Part shown: positions 23,848-35,166 of the stretch, one piece after another
How the letters are laid out: every line of letters starts with the position of its first letter
Position numbering within the stretch: position 1 is the stretch's first letter
NCBI GenBank assembly: GCA_963758355.1
Contig: CAVWVG010000004.1
Location: 574,013-638,012 of the forward strand
Direction: 5' to 3'
DNA length: 64,000 nt
Origin: an uncultured Alphaproteobacteria bacterium
GTDB lineage: Bacteria; Pseudomonadota; Alphaproteobacteria; Rhizobiales; Rhizobiaceae
Program-made: the position numbers and the translations under genes
Notes under the pieces: generated by a model
The model's input: the letters and a program-made list of their open reading frames with translations, nothing else
Database searches by the model: none
Told to the model about the DNA's origin: nothing

Positions 23848-24189
23848 ATGCCCTATGGAGTTCGAACGGAGAGCCGGATTCGCTTAAGTCGGTGTCATCC
23901 AAACCGGATGCAGGCCAATGTCCACCATCTGTGCAGCCAGATTCCTTATTATCGGCTGCCACAGGTGTTACGGGATCACCCGCAGCTCTCTGCCGTCGGA
24001 CGGCTGACGCTGTTCCAGAGCCTTCGCTGTCTGCGTAAGGTCCTGTGGGATGAAGGCGAGCATAAGCTCGTTTCTTTTCGCGAGATGAAGTCTATCCCGT
24101 CGCCCGCATCGCACGCCGCCTTGGGAAACAGGCCTATCGCTCGACGACGCGTTCGACCAAGGCTCGCAGGCTCAGTCCCTGAACGATAA
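23848..24189 (+). pseudogene. Fatty-acid desaturase C-terminal fragment, preceded by a tiny IS3 transposase scrap at 23799-23850
   Basis: HHLCSQIPYYRLPQVLRDHPQL...LTLFQSLRCLRKVLWDE..KLVSFRE is the third His-box and tail of a membrane desaturase. The upstream FYNPKRRHSTIGY is an IS3 transposase tail. Confidence 0.5.
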
Positions 24190-24547
24190 TGGTAAAAAGA
24201 ACGACCGCATAGGTAGCGGCGAGGATTATGGATTTCTCGGCTACTTCCGGGAGCGAGAGCGCGAGGGCGACGGAGATGCCTCCGCGCAATCCGCCCCACG
24301 TCAGAACCGGGATCATGCCATTGAGCACCGTAGCCTGAAAGTCGATCTGCCGAATGACCCCAGCGAGGTCCTCGTAGAGGAGGACATCGGGGAAGGCGAG
24401 CTCGACCCCGATAAGCACGAGAGAGGCGCCGAGTCCCATGACGAGTAAGCCGATCGTGTGCGGCAGGCGGATGAAACGATGATTGATCCAACCAAACGCA
24501 GCCGTCAGGACCAGGAGGATGGCGACAAGATCGAAAGCCGACAGCAT
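24134..24547 (-). pseudogene. Cation:proton antiporter (CPA1/NhaP-type) with a large internal deletion
   Basis: 137 aa only. An N-terminal TM1-2-like part (MLSAFDLVAILLVLTAAFGWINHRFIRLPHTIGLLVMG) is joined directly to the last helices (IPVLTWGGLRGGISVALALSLP...VQGLSLRALVERV). Confidence 0.6.
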
Positions 24548-24553
24548 GGCGGA

Positions 24554-25477
24554 TTAAAACTCAATCTTTCGAACCGAGCGTTGCGCCTCGATGAAGATGC
24601 GCTTGATGTCGGGAAATCGCGTTTTGATCTGCAACTCCAGCGCAGAGACATTCTTCTCCACCTCGGCTGACGACAGCCGGTCGGAGAAATCCAGGCTGAC
24701 ATTTAGCAATATGTCATGTGGCCCGAAATGCATGGTCAGCAGTTCATTCACCCGGCGGACATCTGGCTCCCCCGTAATGATCCGCTCGATCTCGGAGACG
24801 ACCGCGCGACCCGCGCTCTCGCCTGTAAGCAGCCCTTCGCACTCGTAGGCTAAGTAGGCTGCGGTGACTGCCAGAATCCCGCCAATCATGAGCGAAGCGA
24901 CGCCGTCCAGCAGCGGCAGATCGAGAAGCTGGCTGAACAGGATGCCGATGAAGGCGACAATCAGGCCGAGCATGGCTGCGGTGTCCTCGAACAGGACGGT
25001 AAAGACAGTCGGATCCTTGCTGAGCCGCACCGCCTCGAAATAGCCGTGCTCACCTTTGGTCTTACGAAATTCTCGGAATGCCACCCACCAGGATACCGAC
25101 TCGAACGCCATTGCCAAGCCCAAGACTATGTAATTGATATGGGGGCTCATCACTGGATGAGGGTTCCGCAGCTTGTAGATCCCTTCGTAAAACGACACCC
25201 CTGCACCGACGCCGAAGATCAGGATCGCCACCACGAACGCCCAGAAGTAGAGCTCGATGCCGTAACCGAACGGGTGAAATTTATCGGCAGGCCGGGCAGC
25301 CCGTTTCATGCCGTAAAGCAGCAGTCCCTGGTTTCCAGTATCGACGAGCGAATGAATGGCCTCGCTCAGCATTGCCGAACTGCCGGTATAGGAGGCAGCA
25401 GCGAACTTGGTGACAGCGATCAAGACGTTGCCGGCGAGTGCCGCAAAGATAGCCTTGCGTGAACCTGAAACCGCCAT
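24554..25477 (-). CDS. Cation diffusion facilitator (CDF) family metal efflux transporter
   Basis: ALAGNVLIAVTKFAAASYTGSSAMLSEAIHSLVDTGNQ... six TM helices plus a cytoplasmic C-terminal domain, typical CDF layout. Intact, 307 aa. Confidence 0.85.
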   Translation of the reverse strand: MAVSGSRKAIFAALAGNVLIAVTKFAAASYTGSSAMLSEAIHSLVDTGNQGLLLYGMKRAARPADKFHPFGYGIELYFWAFVVAILIFGVGAGVSFYEGIYKLRNPHPVMSPHINYIVLGLAMAFESVSWWVAFREFRKTKGEHGYFEAVRLSKDPTVFTVLFEDTAAMLGLIVAFIGILFSQLLDLPLLDGVASLMIGGILAVTAAYLAYECEGLLTGESAGRAVVSEIERIITGEPDVRRVNELLTMHFGPHDILLNVSLDFSDRLSSAEVEKNVSALELQIKTRFPDIKRIFIEAQRSVRKIEF

Positions 25478-25608
25478 GCCGCGCTCACCTTACTGTTTTT
25501 CGTATGCGCGTGTGCCCCGTACGATTGCGGCGGAACCGCCCATCTTGGCCTGCGAGCGTGTGTTCTGATCCTAACGACGAAGCCGCCAATGAATATCCAA
25601 GTGTTACT

Positions 25609-26145
25609 TCAAATGAAGCGCCAAACGACCAAGGCCAAGAGAATCAAGATCAATGCCGCCGGAACGACAAAGATGGTGCCGGAATTTTGGCCGTATGAAC
25701 GTGGTGACCCAGGCGTGCGGGACGAATTGTCTGTCGCCGCCTTGATCGACGATGCTAGAATTGTCAGGCGGTCTTGAGCTGCCGTCGTCCGCTCGCTGCG
25801 TCGCGAGGGCTCTGTTGTAGGCTTCACTTCGCGCAGGGTCACTCTTGGGTGGCGAGGAGTTAGCAAGACGGGATCAAGCTCGACCGGGATGCCGGCTTCC
25901 TCCAGATGCGCCAGAACGTCGGAGATCTCCTCGATGCTCATGGCATTGACAGGCAGGGCTCGACGGATGTCATCGATGTCCACGCCGCCCCGCTGTCGGC
26001 CCATCTCCATCAAGCTTTCAACCGCTGTCGTTGAAATCACCGGCGTGCTTTCTGGGGAGCCCCAACTGATGCTCCGAGATGTTCGCCGCTCGATGGTGGG
26101 ACGCCCGGGTAGTGAATGATCATGCGGTAACAGGAAAGGCCGCAC
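25609..26145 (-). CDS. Sigma-70 region 1.1-like domain protein with a C-terminal membrane anchor
   Basis: GGVDIDDIRRALPVNAMSIEEISDVLAHLEEAGIPVE resembles RpoD region 1.1. The C-terminus IFVVPAALILILLALVVWRFI is a TM helix. Start uncertain. Confidence 0.45.
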   Translation of the reverse strand: MRPFLLPHDHSLPGRPTIERRTSRSISWGSPESTPVISTTAVESLMEMGRQRGGVDIDDIRRALPVNAMSIEEISDVLAHLEEAGIPVELDPVLLTPRHPRVTLREVKPTTEPSRRSERTTAAQDRLTILASSIKAATDNSSRTPGSPRSYGQNSGTIFVVPAALILILLALVVWRFI

Positions 26146-26384
26146 GACAGGATCTGGTAGGCTCGAACGCGTTGTGTAAACTGTATGCTAGCTCGAAAGT
26201 AAACCGATATCATTGAGGGGGGCTGGTATCCCAGCGTTTCTCTCGGCCGCGCGGCTTTCCAGCTTGTGGTACCGCCTACACACTAGTTTCTGGTTCTTGC
26301 CAGCCGCGATGTCAGGCGGTGCCGTCGCGCTGTCGTTCGTGCTGGTCCAGGTCGATGCCTGGCGTGATAACTGGGATTAGGTGC

Positions 26385-27302
26385 ATGAAAGACCCTTATG
26401 AGACCCTCGGCGTCAATCGATCTGCGACCGATAAGGAGATCAAGGACGCCTTCAAGAAACTGGCACGCAAATTCCATCCCGACTTGCATCCGGACGACAA
26501 GGAGGCGGAGGCAAAGTTCAAGGACATATCGGCGGCCAACGACCTGCTCAAAGACACGGAGAAGCGCCGGAGGTTCGATGCGGGTGAGATCGATGCCAGC
26601 GGAGCTGAGCACCCGCGGGAGCGGTTCTATCGCGACTTCGCCGATGGTCCGGCCTATGCCTCGCACGCTACGCAGGATGGCTTTGCCAGCAACGAAGAAC
26701 TGGAAGCGTTTCTGTCGCGGGCGTTCGCAAGCGGTGGACATCGGTCGCAGGGCACGTTTCGCGCACGTGGCGCGGACGTAAGCTATGTGCTCCCGGTTGA
26801 CTTCCTGGCCGTTGCAAACGGCGCCGTGCGAACGATCACACTGCCAGAGGGCAAAACCCTGCAGGTGACGATCCCCGAAGGTGCCGAGGATCGGCAGACG
26901 TTGCGACTAAAAGGACAGGGCATGCCAGGCTTCGGCGGCGCACCGCCGGGCGATGCCTATGTCGAGATTCATGTCGAGCCGCATCGGTTCTTTCATCGCA
27001 AGGACAACAATATTCATGTCGAGGTTCCCGTCACCTTGAAGGAGGCGGTGCTGGGCGCGCGGATCGAAGTGCCGACCATCGGCGGGCCCGTGGCGGTGAC
27101 GGTCCCGAAAGGGTCGAATACCGGAACCACACTGCGACTGCGCGACCGAGGCATCCGCAACCGCAAGTCCGGACAACGCGGACATCAAATGATCAACCTG
27201 AAAGTCGTTCTGCCTGCCGCCGAAGAGCCCGAGCTGGTCGCTTTTCTGGAGACGTGGCGGCCGAGAACTCAGCAAGACCCGCGCAAGGAGATGTTGCCAT
27301 GA
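26385..27302 (+). CDS. cbpA: DnaJ-class co-chaperone, CbpA-like (J domain plus C-terminal substrate-binding domains, no Zn finger)
   Basis: MKDPYETLGVNRSATDKEIKDAFKKLARKFHPDLHPDD (HPD motif). C-terminal DnaJ_C-like repeats. Start ATG 26385. Confidence 0.85.
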   Translation: MKDPYETLGVNRSATDKEIKDAFKKLARKFHPDLHPDDKEAEAKFKDISAANDLLKDTEKRRRFDAGEIDASGAEHPRERFYRDFADGPAYASHATQDGFASNEELEAFLSRAFASGGHRSQGTFRARGADVSYVLPVDFLAVANGAVRTITLPEGKTLQVTIPEGAEDRQTLRLKGQGMPGFGGAPPGDAYVEIHVEPHRFFHRKDNNIHVEVPVTLKEAVLGARIEVPTIGGPVAVTVPKGSNTGTTLRLRDRGIRNRKSGQRGHQMINLKVVLPAAEEPELVAFLETWRPRTQQDPRKEMLP

Positions 27303-27631
27303 TGCGTGTCGATGAACTTGTTGAGGCAATATCTTCCTTGCAACGCAGCGATCTTGAAGCCTGGATCCGTGAGGAGCTGGTCGTGCCGCGGCAGGAAGCC
27401 GAAACGCCACTTTTCACGGATATGGAATGCGCGCGGGTCCGGCTGATCTGCACGCTGCATTACGAGCTTGAGATTGATCCGGAGACTCTGCCAGTGGTGT
27501 TGTCGCTGATCGATCAGCTGTATGACGCCCGGCAGAAATTGTTGTCACTAAGCGCTGCCGTTACCGCGCAGGACAAGTCAGTTCAGGCGGCGATCATCGC
27601 TGCTGTGGGCAGTGATAGGCGACGCCTATAA
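27299..27631 (+). CDS. cbpM: Chaperone-modulator CbpM-like (MerR-type HTH)
   Basis: ATGA overlap with the cbpA stop. MMRVDELVEAISSLQRSDLEAWIREELV...MECARVRLICTLHYELEIDPETLPVVLSLIDQL is typical CbpM. Confidence 0.7.
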   Translation: MMRVDELVEAISSLQRSDLEAWIREELVVPRQEAETPLFTDMECARVRLICTLHYELEIDPETLPVVLSLIDQLYDARQKLLSLSAAVTAQDKSVQAAIIAAVGSDRRRL

Positions 27632-27870
27632 TGTGAGCACTTTCACTCCGGCGTCGAAGGGACCCGAAATGCTCGCTAACACCTTGCAGATCGGCACGAC
27701 CTATGTGCCACACGATGATCGTCGATGAAGGCGATCATGGCCTGAACCGGCAGTCGAGCTCCGCCGTCGCAAAATAAGCGCTTGCCTTGCGCAGTATCTT
27801 GAGAGGGCGCCGGGCGTGGTTTTCCGGACTCTGAATCGGAACCCAAGCGCAACAACCAAGGAGGATCTCA

Positions 27871-28248
27871 ATGTTCAAAATTATCGAAGGCTTGCCGCAG
27901 GACGTGCTGGCGATCGAAGCCTCAGGCAAGGTCACGCATGACGATTATCGCAACACACTTATTCCCAAGGCCGAAACGATGATCGCCAGGGGACCGATCA
28001 AAATGCTCTATGTCATCGGGAAGGATTTCGCGGGCTTTGAGTTTGAAGCGCTTTGGGATGACGGTGCGTTCGGGCTTAGCCACTGGCACGATTTCAGCCA
28101 CATCGCCGTGGTAACCGATCATGCCTGGATGCGCGCCATGGTCAGCATGTTTAAGCCTTTCTTTCACGGCAATGTCCGGCTGTTCGGACTCGCCGAACTC
28201 CCAGCAGCGAAAAACTGGATCGCAAGTGCAAAAGACGTCGCTTCATGA
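27871..28248 (+). CDS. STAS/SEC14-like (SpoIIAA-like, DUF3478-type) domain protein
   Basis: MFKIIEGLPQDVLAIEASGKVTHDDY...WDDGAFGLSHWHDFSHIAVVTD; strong AAGGAGGA SD. Confidence 0.7.
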   Translation: MFKIIEGLPQDVLAIEASGKVTHDDYRNTLIPKAETMIARGPIKMLYVIGKDFAGFEFEALWDDGAFGLSHWHDFSHIAVVTDHAWMRAMVSMFKPFFHGNVRLFGLAELPAAKNWIASAKDVAS

Positions 28249-28641
28249 TGGTATTTTAACCATCACGGCGCCTGTTGGTGCCGAAATCGCGAATTGTTAA
28301 AAAGACCCGTGCCCGGCGAGCACATAGGGCTGTTCATGGGTGCGCACACCCTGAAAGAGGATTGGCCATTGATTGCCCGCTGGATCACCGCCGAATGGTG
28401 GGCCAGCAGCAACAACGACCGCAGTTCATGCCGAAGACAAAGTGGACGCCGACGGACACGCGTTTTCGAAAGCCTCGCCGTTAGATTCAAACTTTCCGGA
28501 ACGACTCATGGCGAGCAATATTTCTGCGGTCGCTGTGCCTCGGATTTCATGCGTTGCGCGCTAATTTGCCGTCGTTTCCGTCCGATTGGCCCATGTTGCC
28601 GGCAATCGGCGTCCCCTTCGCGCAGCCGCATCATTGCATCT

Positions 28642-31013
28642 TCAACTAAGGCTGCGCCATTCCCAATTTCGAATTTCCGGTAAATCTTGACCGTGCTTAT
28701 TGATGTATTGCTTGTGCTCGATGAGCTTATCCTTGAGCAGCTGCTTCAGATAGATGCCCTTGTCGCTGGTTTGCGGCACGCGGTCGACAACGTCCATCAC
28801 CAAATGGAAGCGATCCAGATCGTTCATGACCGCCATGTCGAAAGGTGTGGTAATCGTGCCCTCTTCCTTGTAGCCGCGGACGTGAATGTTGCGGTGGTTC
28901 GTGCGCCGGTAGGTCAGCCGATGGATCAGCCACGGATAAGCATGGAAGGCGAAAATGACGGCTTGTCCTTGGTGAAAAGCTCGTCGAAATCCGTGTCGCT
29001 CAAGCCGTGCGGATGCTCTCTTTGGGGTTGTAGTTTCATAAGGTCGACGACGTTGACCACCCGGATTTTCAGGTCAGGCAAGATGCTCACGCAGGATGGT
29101 GACGGCGGCGAGCGTCTCCAGAGTCGGCACATCGCCACAACACGCCATGACCACGTCGGGTGCAACGCCCTGGTCGTTGCTGGCCCATGGCCAGATGCCG
29201 ATACCCTCGGTGCAGTGCTTGACGGCCGCGTCCATAGTCAGCCACTGCGGCGCGGGGTGCTTGCCCGCAATCACAACATTGACGTAATGACGGCTGCGCA
29301 GGCAATGGTCCATAACCGACAGCAGACAATTGGCATCCGGCGGAAGGTACACACGCACGATCTCGGCCTTCTTGTTCACGACGTGATCGATGAACCCGGG
29401 ATCCTGGTGCGTGAAACCATTGTGGTCCTGACGCCAGACATGGGAGGCCAGCAGATAGTTTAAGCGAGGCGATTTTCCGCCGCCACGGCAGCTGCGCCGT
29501 GACCTTCAGCCATTTGGCATGCTGGTTGAACATCGAATCGACGATGTGGATGAATGCCTCATAGCAATTGAACAAGCCGTGTCGGCCGGTAAGCAGATAG
29601 CCCTCAAGCCAGCCTTCGCATTGGTGTTCGCTGAGCACTTCCATCACGCGCCCCTGGGGCGCGAGGAATTCATCGTTTGGCACTGTCGCGGCGTCCCATT
29701 GGCGTTCGGTCGCGTCAAAGAGCGCTTCCAGGCCATTGGAGAGCGTCTCGTCAGGCCCGAAGACCCGAAAATTCCGCCGCTCATCGTTCAGCTTAATCAC
29801 ATCGCGAAGAAACCGCCCCAGCACATGCGTGTCGCCGATACCCCGCACCCCCGGCGCAGGAGACGTCGACCCCATAGTCACGGAAATCCGGCATCCGCAA
29901 ATCACGGAGGAGCATGCCCCCGTTGGCATGGGGATTGGCGCCCATGCGTCGCTCACCCTTGGGCGCAAGTTCGGCCAGATCGGGTTTCAGGCGTCCTTGC
30001 TCGTCGAATAGTTCCTCCGGGCGGTAGCTCCTGAGCCAGTCTTCCAACAATTTGAGATGTTCGGGATGCGTCGCCGGATCGGAGAGTGGCACCTGGTGGG
30101 CGCGAAATGTGCCCTCGATCTGCAGGCCGTCGACCATTTTCGGTCCGGTCCAGCCCTTGGGCGACTTGAGAACAATCATCGGCCAGCGCGGCCGCGCAGT
30201 TTTGCCTCGGTCGCGGGCGCCCCGCTGAATTTTCTTGATCTGCTCCACAGCCGCATCGAGCGTCGTGGCCATGGCCTCATGCATCCATGCGGGATTGTCC
30301 CCCTCGACGAAGTAGGGCGTCCAACCATAGCCCCTTAGCAACTGCTCCAGTTCCTCATGAGTGATACGCGCAAGGACAGTCGGGTTGGAAATCTTGTAGC
30401 CGTTGAGATGCAGGATCGGCAGCACCGCGCCGTCGGTCGCCGGATCGAGGAACTTGTTCGAATGCCACGCGGTGGCCAGCGGGCCTGTCTCCGCCTCGCC
30501 ATCGCCGATGACACAGGCAACGACGAGATCGGGATTGTCGAACACGGCACCGAAGGCATGGCTGAGCGAATAGCCCAGCTCTCCGCCTTCATGAATCGAA
30601 CCCGGGCACTGCGGCGATGCGTGGCTTGGAATTCCTCCGGGAAACGAAAACTGAATGAAAAGCTTCCGAAGCCCGGTTTCGTCCTGGCTGATATCGGGAT
30701 AGATTTCGCTATAGGTGCCTTCGAGATAGGTGTTGCTCACGACAGCCGGGCCGCCATGTCCAGGACCAGCAACGTAGATCATATCCAGGTCGTATTTCTT
30801 GATGATCCGGTTCAGATGCACGTAGACGAAGTTCTGCCCAGGTGTCGTCCCCCAATGCCCCAGCAACATGTGTTTCACATCACCGAGCGCCAACGGCCGC
30901 TTCAGCAACGGATTGTCGTAGAGATAGATCTGGCCGACCGACAGGTAATTGGCCGCCCGCCAATAGGCATCCATCTTCTGCAACAGGTCCGACGTCAGTG
31001 TGCTGGTTTCCAT
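28642..31013 (-). pseudogene. xfp: Phosphoketolase (xylulose-5-P/fructose-6-P), at least 4 frameshifts
   Basis: N-terminal 400 aa intact (METSTL...[15 protein letters not shown]...[10 protein letters not shown]...[12 protein letters not shown]). Continuation is found in the ORFs 29087-29968, 29074-29379, 28926-29165 and 28642-28836 in different frames. Confidence 0.85.
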
Positions 31014-31241
31014 GGCCTAGGTCTTTCGATTTGAGACGAGATTGAGGACGCGGATGACCGATTTTGCGATCATGATTTCTTGGTCCGTGCCGATGATCCG
31101 CACGCTTACGTGCCTTGAATCCGGAGAACATAGAGGTATTTTATTTGTGTTGCGCTTTCATCGAGCTCGATTCTAAGAAATTCAACCCTTCGCAGCTTTT
31201 CGAGCACGGATAGCGGGTGCGTTTTCTCCGATGCCGCCGGC

Positions 31242-31598
31242 ATGTCGATCTCGTCCGTCTGCGCGAACGCGCCTGGATTGTCGCCTCTCATTCTGCGGCT
31301 TGACCCGGCCTTCGGTTGGCTGGTCGCGTTGGCGGTACCACTTGTGCTGTTCGCACGCCTGCTTGCCGTCGCCATTCCGGTGCTCTCCTTGAATGTGAGC
31401 CATGTCTTCATGCCGGGTACAATTCCGGTTCTGACATGGGGAGGATTGCGCGGCGGCATTTCCATCGCCCTCGCTCTTTCGGTTCCCGAGGTTCCCGAAA
31501 AGTCTGTCATCCTGACGGCAACATATGCGCTCGTTCTCGTCACCGTCGTCGTTCAGGGATTGAGTTTGCGAGCTGTTGTCGAGCGCGTCGTCCGATAA
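31242..31598 (+). pseudogene. Cation:proton antiporter (CPA1) 3'-terminal fragment, paralogous and inverted relative to 24134-24312
   Basis: ...IPVLTWGGLRGGISIALALSVPEVPEKSVILTATYALVLVTVVVQGLSLRAVVERVVR. Closely similar at the amino-acid level (by eye) to the tail of the 24134-24547 remnant, on the opposite strand. Confidence 0.6.
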
Positions 31599-31680
31599 CA
31601 GGCGGCATCGCTCGAGAAGGCGGCGTGGGTCACTTTCCACGCTTCGGCGGCTTGACCTATGCGCGACTTGCCGACCGAAT

Positions 31681-32574
31681 CTACCGCACGCCGACCAGCT
31701 CCTCAAAGCCCGCGATCACGTCGAACAGTTCCTCATCGATGCCGCTCTGGCGCAAACGGTGGAATGTCCCGTTGAGGTCCTCCAGAAGTTCGTCGATATT
31801 CTTGTCGGCACGTTGCATCGCGGCGAGGCGGCTCGCGTTCTCGCTCGCCAGAGATTCGGCGCATGCCTGAAAGAGCGAGACGAAGAGATGCTCGCGGATG
31901 AGCCCGCGCAAGGTCGTGACGCTGTCGCCCATGATCTCGGGCAGGTTCTTCGTCGGCCAAGGGAAATTCGGCCAGCTTGCGGCGCCAGTTTTCGTCCAGA
32001 GGGAGCAGTCGTTGACTGACAGGCGCGTAACCCGTGTCGGATGTGGGGCGGTTGTGGAAGAGGTGGAGTTCGATGCCTTCAGCTTGGGTATCGTGCGTCT
32101 CGATTTCAACCAGAATCCGCCCGACCAGCGGGGCGATGGCCTTGACCGAAATCGGCACGGTGAAGAGCCCCATCAGCGGCACTGCGGCGTCCGCCAAGCG
32201 CGCATGGACGCGCTCACCAACCGCCCAGACCTGGTGTTTGCCGGGCAGGTTCGCGAGGGCCTTGATAGCATGTTCGGCGACCACCTCGTTGAATTGGCCA
32301 ACCAGTCCCTGATCGGAACCGAATACAATGATGCCTGTCGTTCGCCGATCAGCCCGTCCTGCGCGTTCTGCCATTGATGCCACCGGCGCGGTTTTCGCGA
32401 AGGCACACGCTCAAGCCCAACTCCACGGTCCGATAGTAGTCGGCCAACGCGCGCACGGACTCTCTCGTATTGTCCGATGCTCGAAGCGGCTAGCGCTTTC
32501 ATCGTGCGGACGACGGATTGGAGTTCCCCTGCGCTGTCGATTTTTCGGCGCAAAATCGCCGTGGTCTCGCTCAT
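31681..32574 (-). pseudogene. atpG: N-type ATPase gamma subunit, at least 2 frameshifts
   Basis: MSETTAILRRKIDSAGELQSVVRTMKALAASSIGQYE, then pieces in two other frames (..GIIVFGSDQGLVGQFNE..; ..ASENASRLAAMQRADKNIDELLEDL..). The ATGA overlaps the atpA stop. Confidence 0.8.
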
Positions 32575-34245
32575 GCCTTTTCCCTGGGTTCAGCCTTTGG
32601 CTTCGCCTCCGGTTGGGTCCCGGGCGTGGGATCGGGTTCACGCTTTTGCGGGATTCCTGCCAATGGTTTGGGTTGACCCTCGCTCGCCGGTTGCGCTTCC
32701 GCTTTGGAGTCCGGTTTGGGAAAGAACGCTTCAAGCGCTCGCCGGGCGATCTCGACGATGGCTTTGCGGTCGTCATCGCTCAACTTGTCCGCGGTAGCCA
32801 ATCGCTCCGCTATTTCTGCCGGGATCGTTGACGCAGCCTCTTGTACGGCGTGCTCGGCCTCCGTCATGCGGTCAATCGGCACCGGGTCGAAGAGTTGCGC
32901 CGTCAACGCCAGCAGCACGGCGATTTGCGCGGGCACGGACACCGGCGCGAGTTCCGACTGCTTCAGGCAGGCGCGGATTCGCCGTCCATGGTCGATGATT
33001 TTGCGGGTATCTTCGTCGACGACGGGCGCCAAACCGGGCAAAGGTCTCGAGTTCCTCGAATTGCGCGTAGGCGAGCTTGAGGTCTCCCGCCACAGCCCGG
33101 TAAGCCGCCCGTTGTGCCTTGCCGCCGACGCGTGAAACGGATTTGCCGACATCGATCGCGGGCAACACGCCGAGTTCGAACAAGGACGGCGATAGGTAAA
33201 TCTGTCCATCGGTAATCGAAATCAGGTTCGTCGGAATGTAGGCGGAAATATTCTGCGCTTCAGTCTCGATGATGGGCAGGGCGGTCAGCGATCCGCCCCC
33301 GCGTTCCTTGTTCAGATGCGTCGCGCGTTCCAGCAGACGCGAATGGATATAAAAGATGTCGCCGGGGAAGGCTTCACGACCGGGTGGTCGGCGGAGCAGC
33401 AGCGAAATCTCGCGATAGGCGCGAGCGTGATGCGTCAGGTCGTCGTAGACAATGAGCACGTCGCGACCCGCTTCCATGAAATGCTCGGCGATACTGGTTG
33501 CGGCGTAAGGAGCGATGTAGGTAAGGCCCGGCGGATCGTTGCCCTCGGTCACAACGATCACGGTGTATTCCAGCGCGCCGTTCTCGCGCAGGACGGCAAC
33601 GGTCTTCGCAACCGCGGAAGCACGCTGGCCAATGGCGCAATAGACGCACACGACATCCTGGCCGCGCTGGTTGAGGATGGCGTCGATCGCAATGGCGGTC
33701 TTGCCCGTTTGCCGGTCGCCCAGGATCAATTCACGCTGGCCGCGCCCAATGGGAATGAGCGCATCGACGACCGTAAGGCCGGTCTGGAGTGGCACGGTGA
33801 CCGGCGCGCGGTCCATGATGGGCGGCGCGGGGCGCTCGATGGGCAGGCGCTCGGTGGTGGCGATCGCCCCATTGCCGTCAAGTGGCCGACCGAGCGGGTC
33901 GATGACGCGCCCCAGCAGGCCATCGCCAACGGCTACATCCATGACCCGGCCAGTGCGCCGGACTTCATCGCCCGCATGCAAATGCCAGTATTCGCCGAGC
34001 AGCACGACGCCGATTTCGTCCTCGTCGACGTTGAACGCGATGCCGAATACGCCGCCGGGAAACTCGAGGAGTTCCTCGAAGCCTGCGTTGGGAAGGCCGG
34101 CGATCCTGGCGATGCCGGTCGAAACGTTCGTGATCGTGCCGACCTCGCGCGGGGTCAGTTCCGGCGTGAAAGCTCCACGCCCCCGGCTTAGCCCGTCGAA
34201 CGCGCGGTCGAGTACGTGCTGCAGGCTTTCGGGCGCGGTACTCAT
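32571..34245 (-). pseudogene. atpA: N-type ATPase alpha subunit, one frameshift near 33020
   Basis: Walker [12 protein letters not shown]. Reading is intact to ...[11 protein letters not shown], then continues as [21 protein letters not shown]... in the 32571-33209 frame. Confidence 0.85.
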
Positions 34246-34299
34246 CGGCCCGCCGTTTCGGGTTGCGACTTGGTTTTCGCCGCTCGTGCTGCCTTGGCT

Positions 34300-35163
34300 T
34301 CACGTTTGGCCTTGGTTTTGAGAACTGGCCTGGTTCGCCTTTTGGGGGCGTGTCCGGGCGCGTGCTTGCTCCCCAGGTGCGGGTTCGACTTTTGCCATGG
34401 GTTTGTCTTTCTCTTTCACCAGTTCGCCGATGCTATTTTCGAGCGACGAAAGGTAATCGGCGATGCTCCACGCCAACTTTTGTCCACTGGTGCTGAGTTC
34501 GATCCCGGCGATAAGGTCAGGCGCGGTCTCGAACTTTAGCTGGATGTCAGCTGAAAACGTCTCGTTGATCGCTTTCTGTATCGCCGCTCGCTGGTCCTGA
34601 GGCAGGTCAATCGCGCAGCGCACGATCGCTGGAGCGGACGTCTTCTTGAGAGCCTCGCCCAGCTTGGCTTTCGCGGGGGCATCCATATCCCGCAGGCGGC
34701 GGGTGAAAACTTCGCCGATCCGTTCCTCGAGACTGGTCGTCGCGAGATCCGCCAACGCCTTTCGCGCGACGGCGAATACCTCTTGCTGGACGAGCCGGCT
34801 GACGGATTGATCCAGGTTTCGGGCATCGCTTTCCAGCGCTTCGCGGCGCTTGGCGCTCAGCGCGTCGGCAGCCTTTCGCACTTCGTCAAGAAGCCGCTCG
34901 CGTTCCGCCTTGGCCTCGTGCTTTGCCTTGGTGAGCAGAGCGGCGCGCGCTCGATCGAACGCGTCGCTCTTCGCCTGGAGAGCGTCACGCTCGGCCTTTG
35001 CTTCCGCCTTTCTCCTGTCAGCATCGGCAAGCTCCGCGGCGATCCGCTGCTCCCGCGCGTCGATGGCGCCAAGGATCGGTTTGTACAAAAAGCGCTTCAG
35101 CAACCAGACCAGGATCAGGAAGTTGAGCGCCTGTGCAACGACGGTGAACCAGTCGATGAGCAT
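34300..35163 (-). CDS. atpF: N-type ATPase subunit b (long form)
   Basis: N-terminal TM (MLIDWFTVVAQALNFLILVWLL) followed by a long charged coiled-coil. Position matches the atpDCQRBEFAG order. Confidence 0.8.
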   Translation of the reverse strand: MLIDWFTVVAQALNFLILVWLLKRFLYKPILGAIDAREQRIAAELADADRRKAEAKAERDALQAKSDAFDRARAALLTKAKHEAKAERERLLDEVRKAADALSAKRREALESDARNLDQSVSRLVQQEVFAVARKALADLATTSLEERIGEVFTRRLRDMDAPAKAKLGEALKKTSAPAIVRCAIDLPQDQRAAIQKAINETFSADIQLKFETAPDLIAGIELSTSGQKLAWSIADYLSSLENSIGELVKEKDKPMAKVEPAPGEQARARTRPQKANQASSQNQGQT

Positions 35164-35166
35164 TCA

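Noticed and set aside
26230-26300. Possible RpoH-type heat-shock promoter upstream of cbpA (CTTG-N17-CTAGTTT)
   Set aside because: The -10 region does not match the alphaproteobacterial CYTATNT consensus well. This is a single weak hit.
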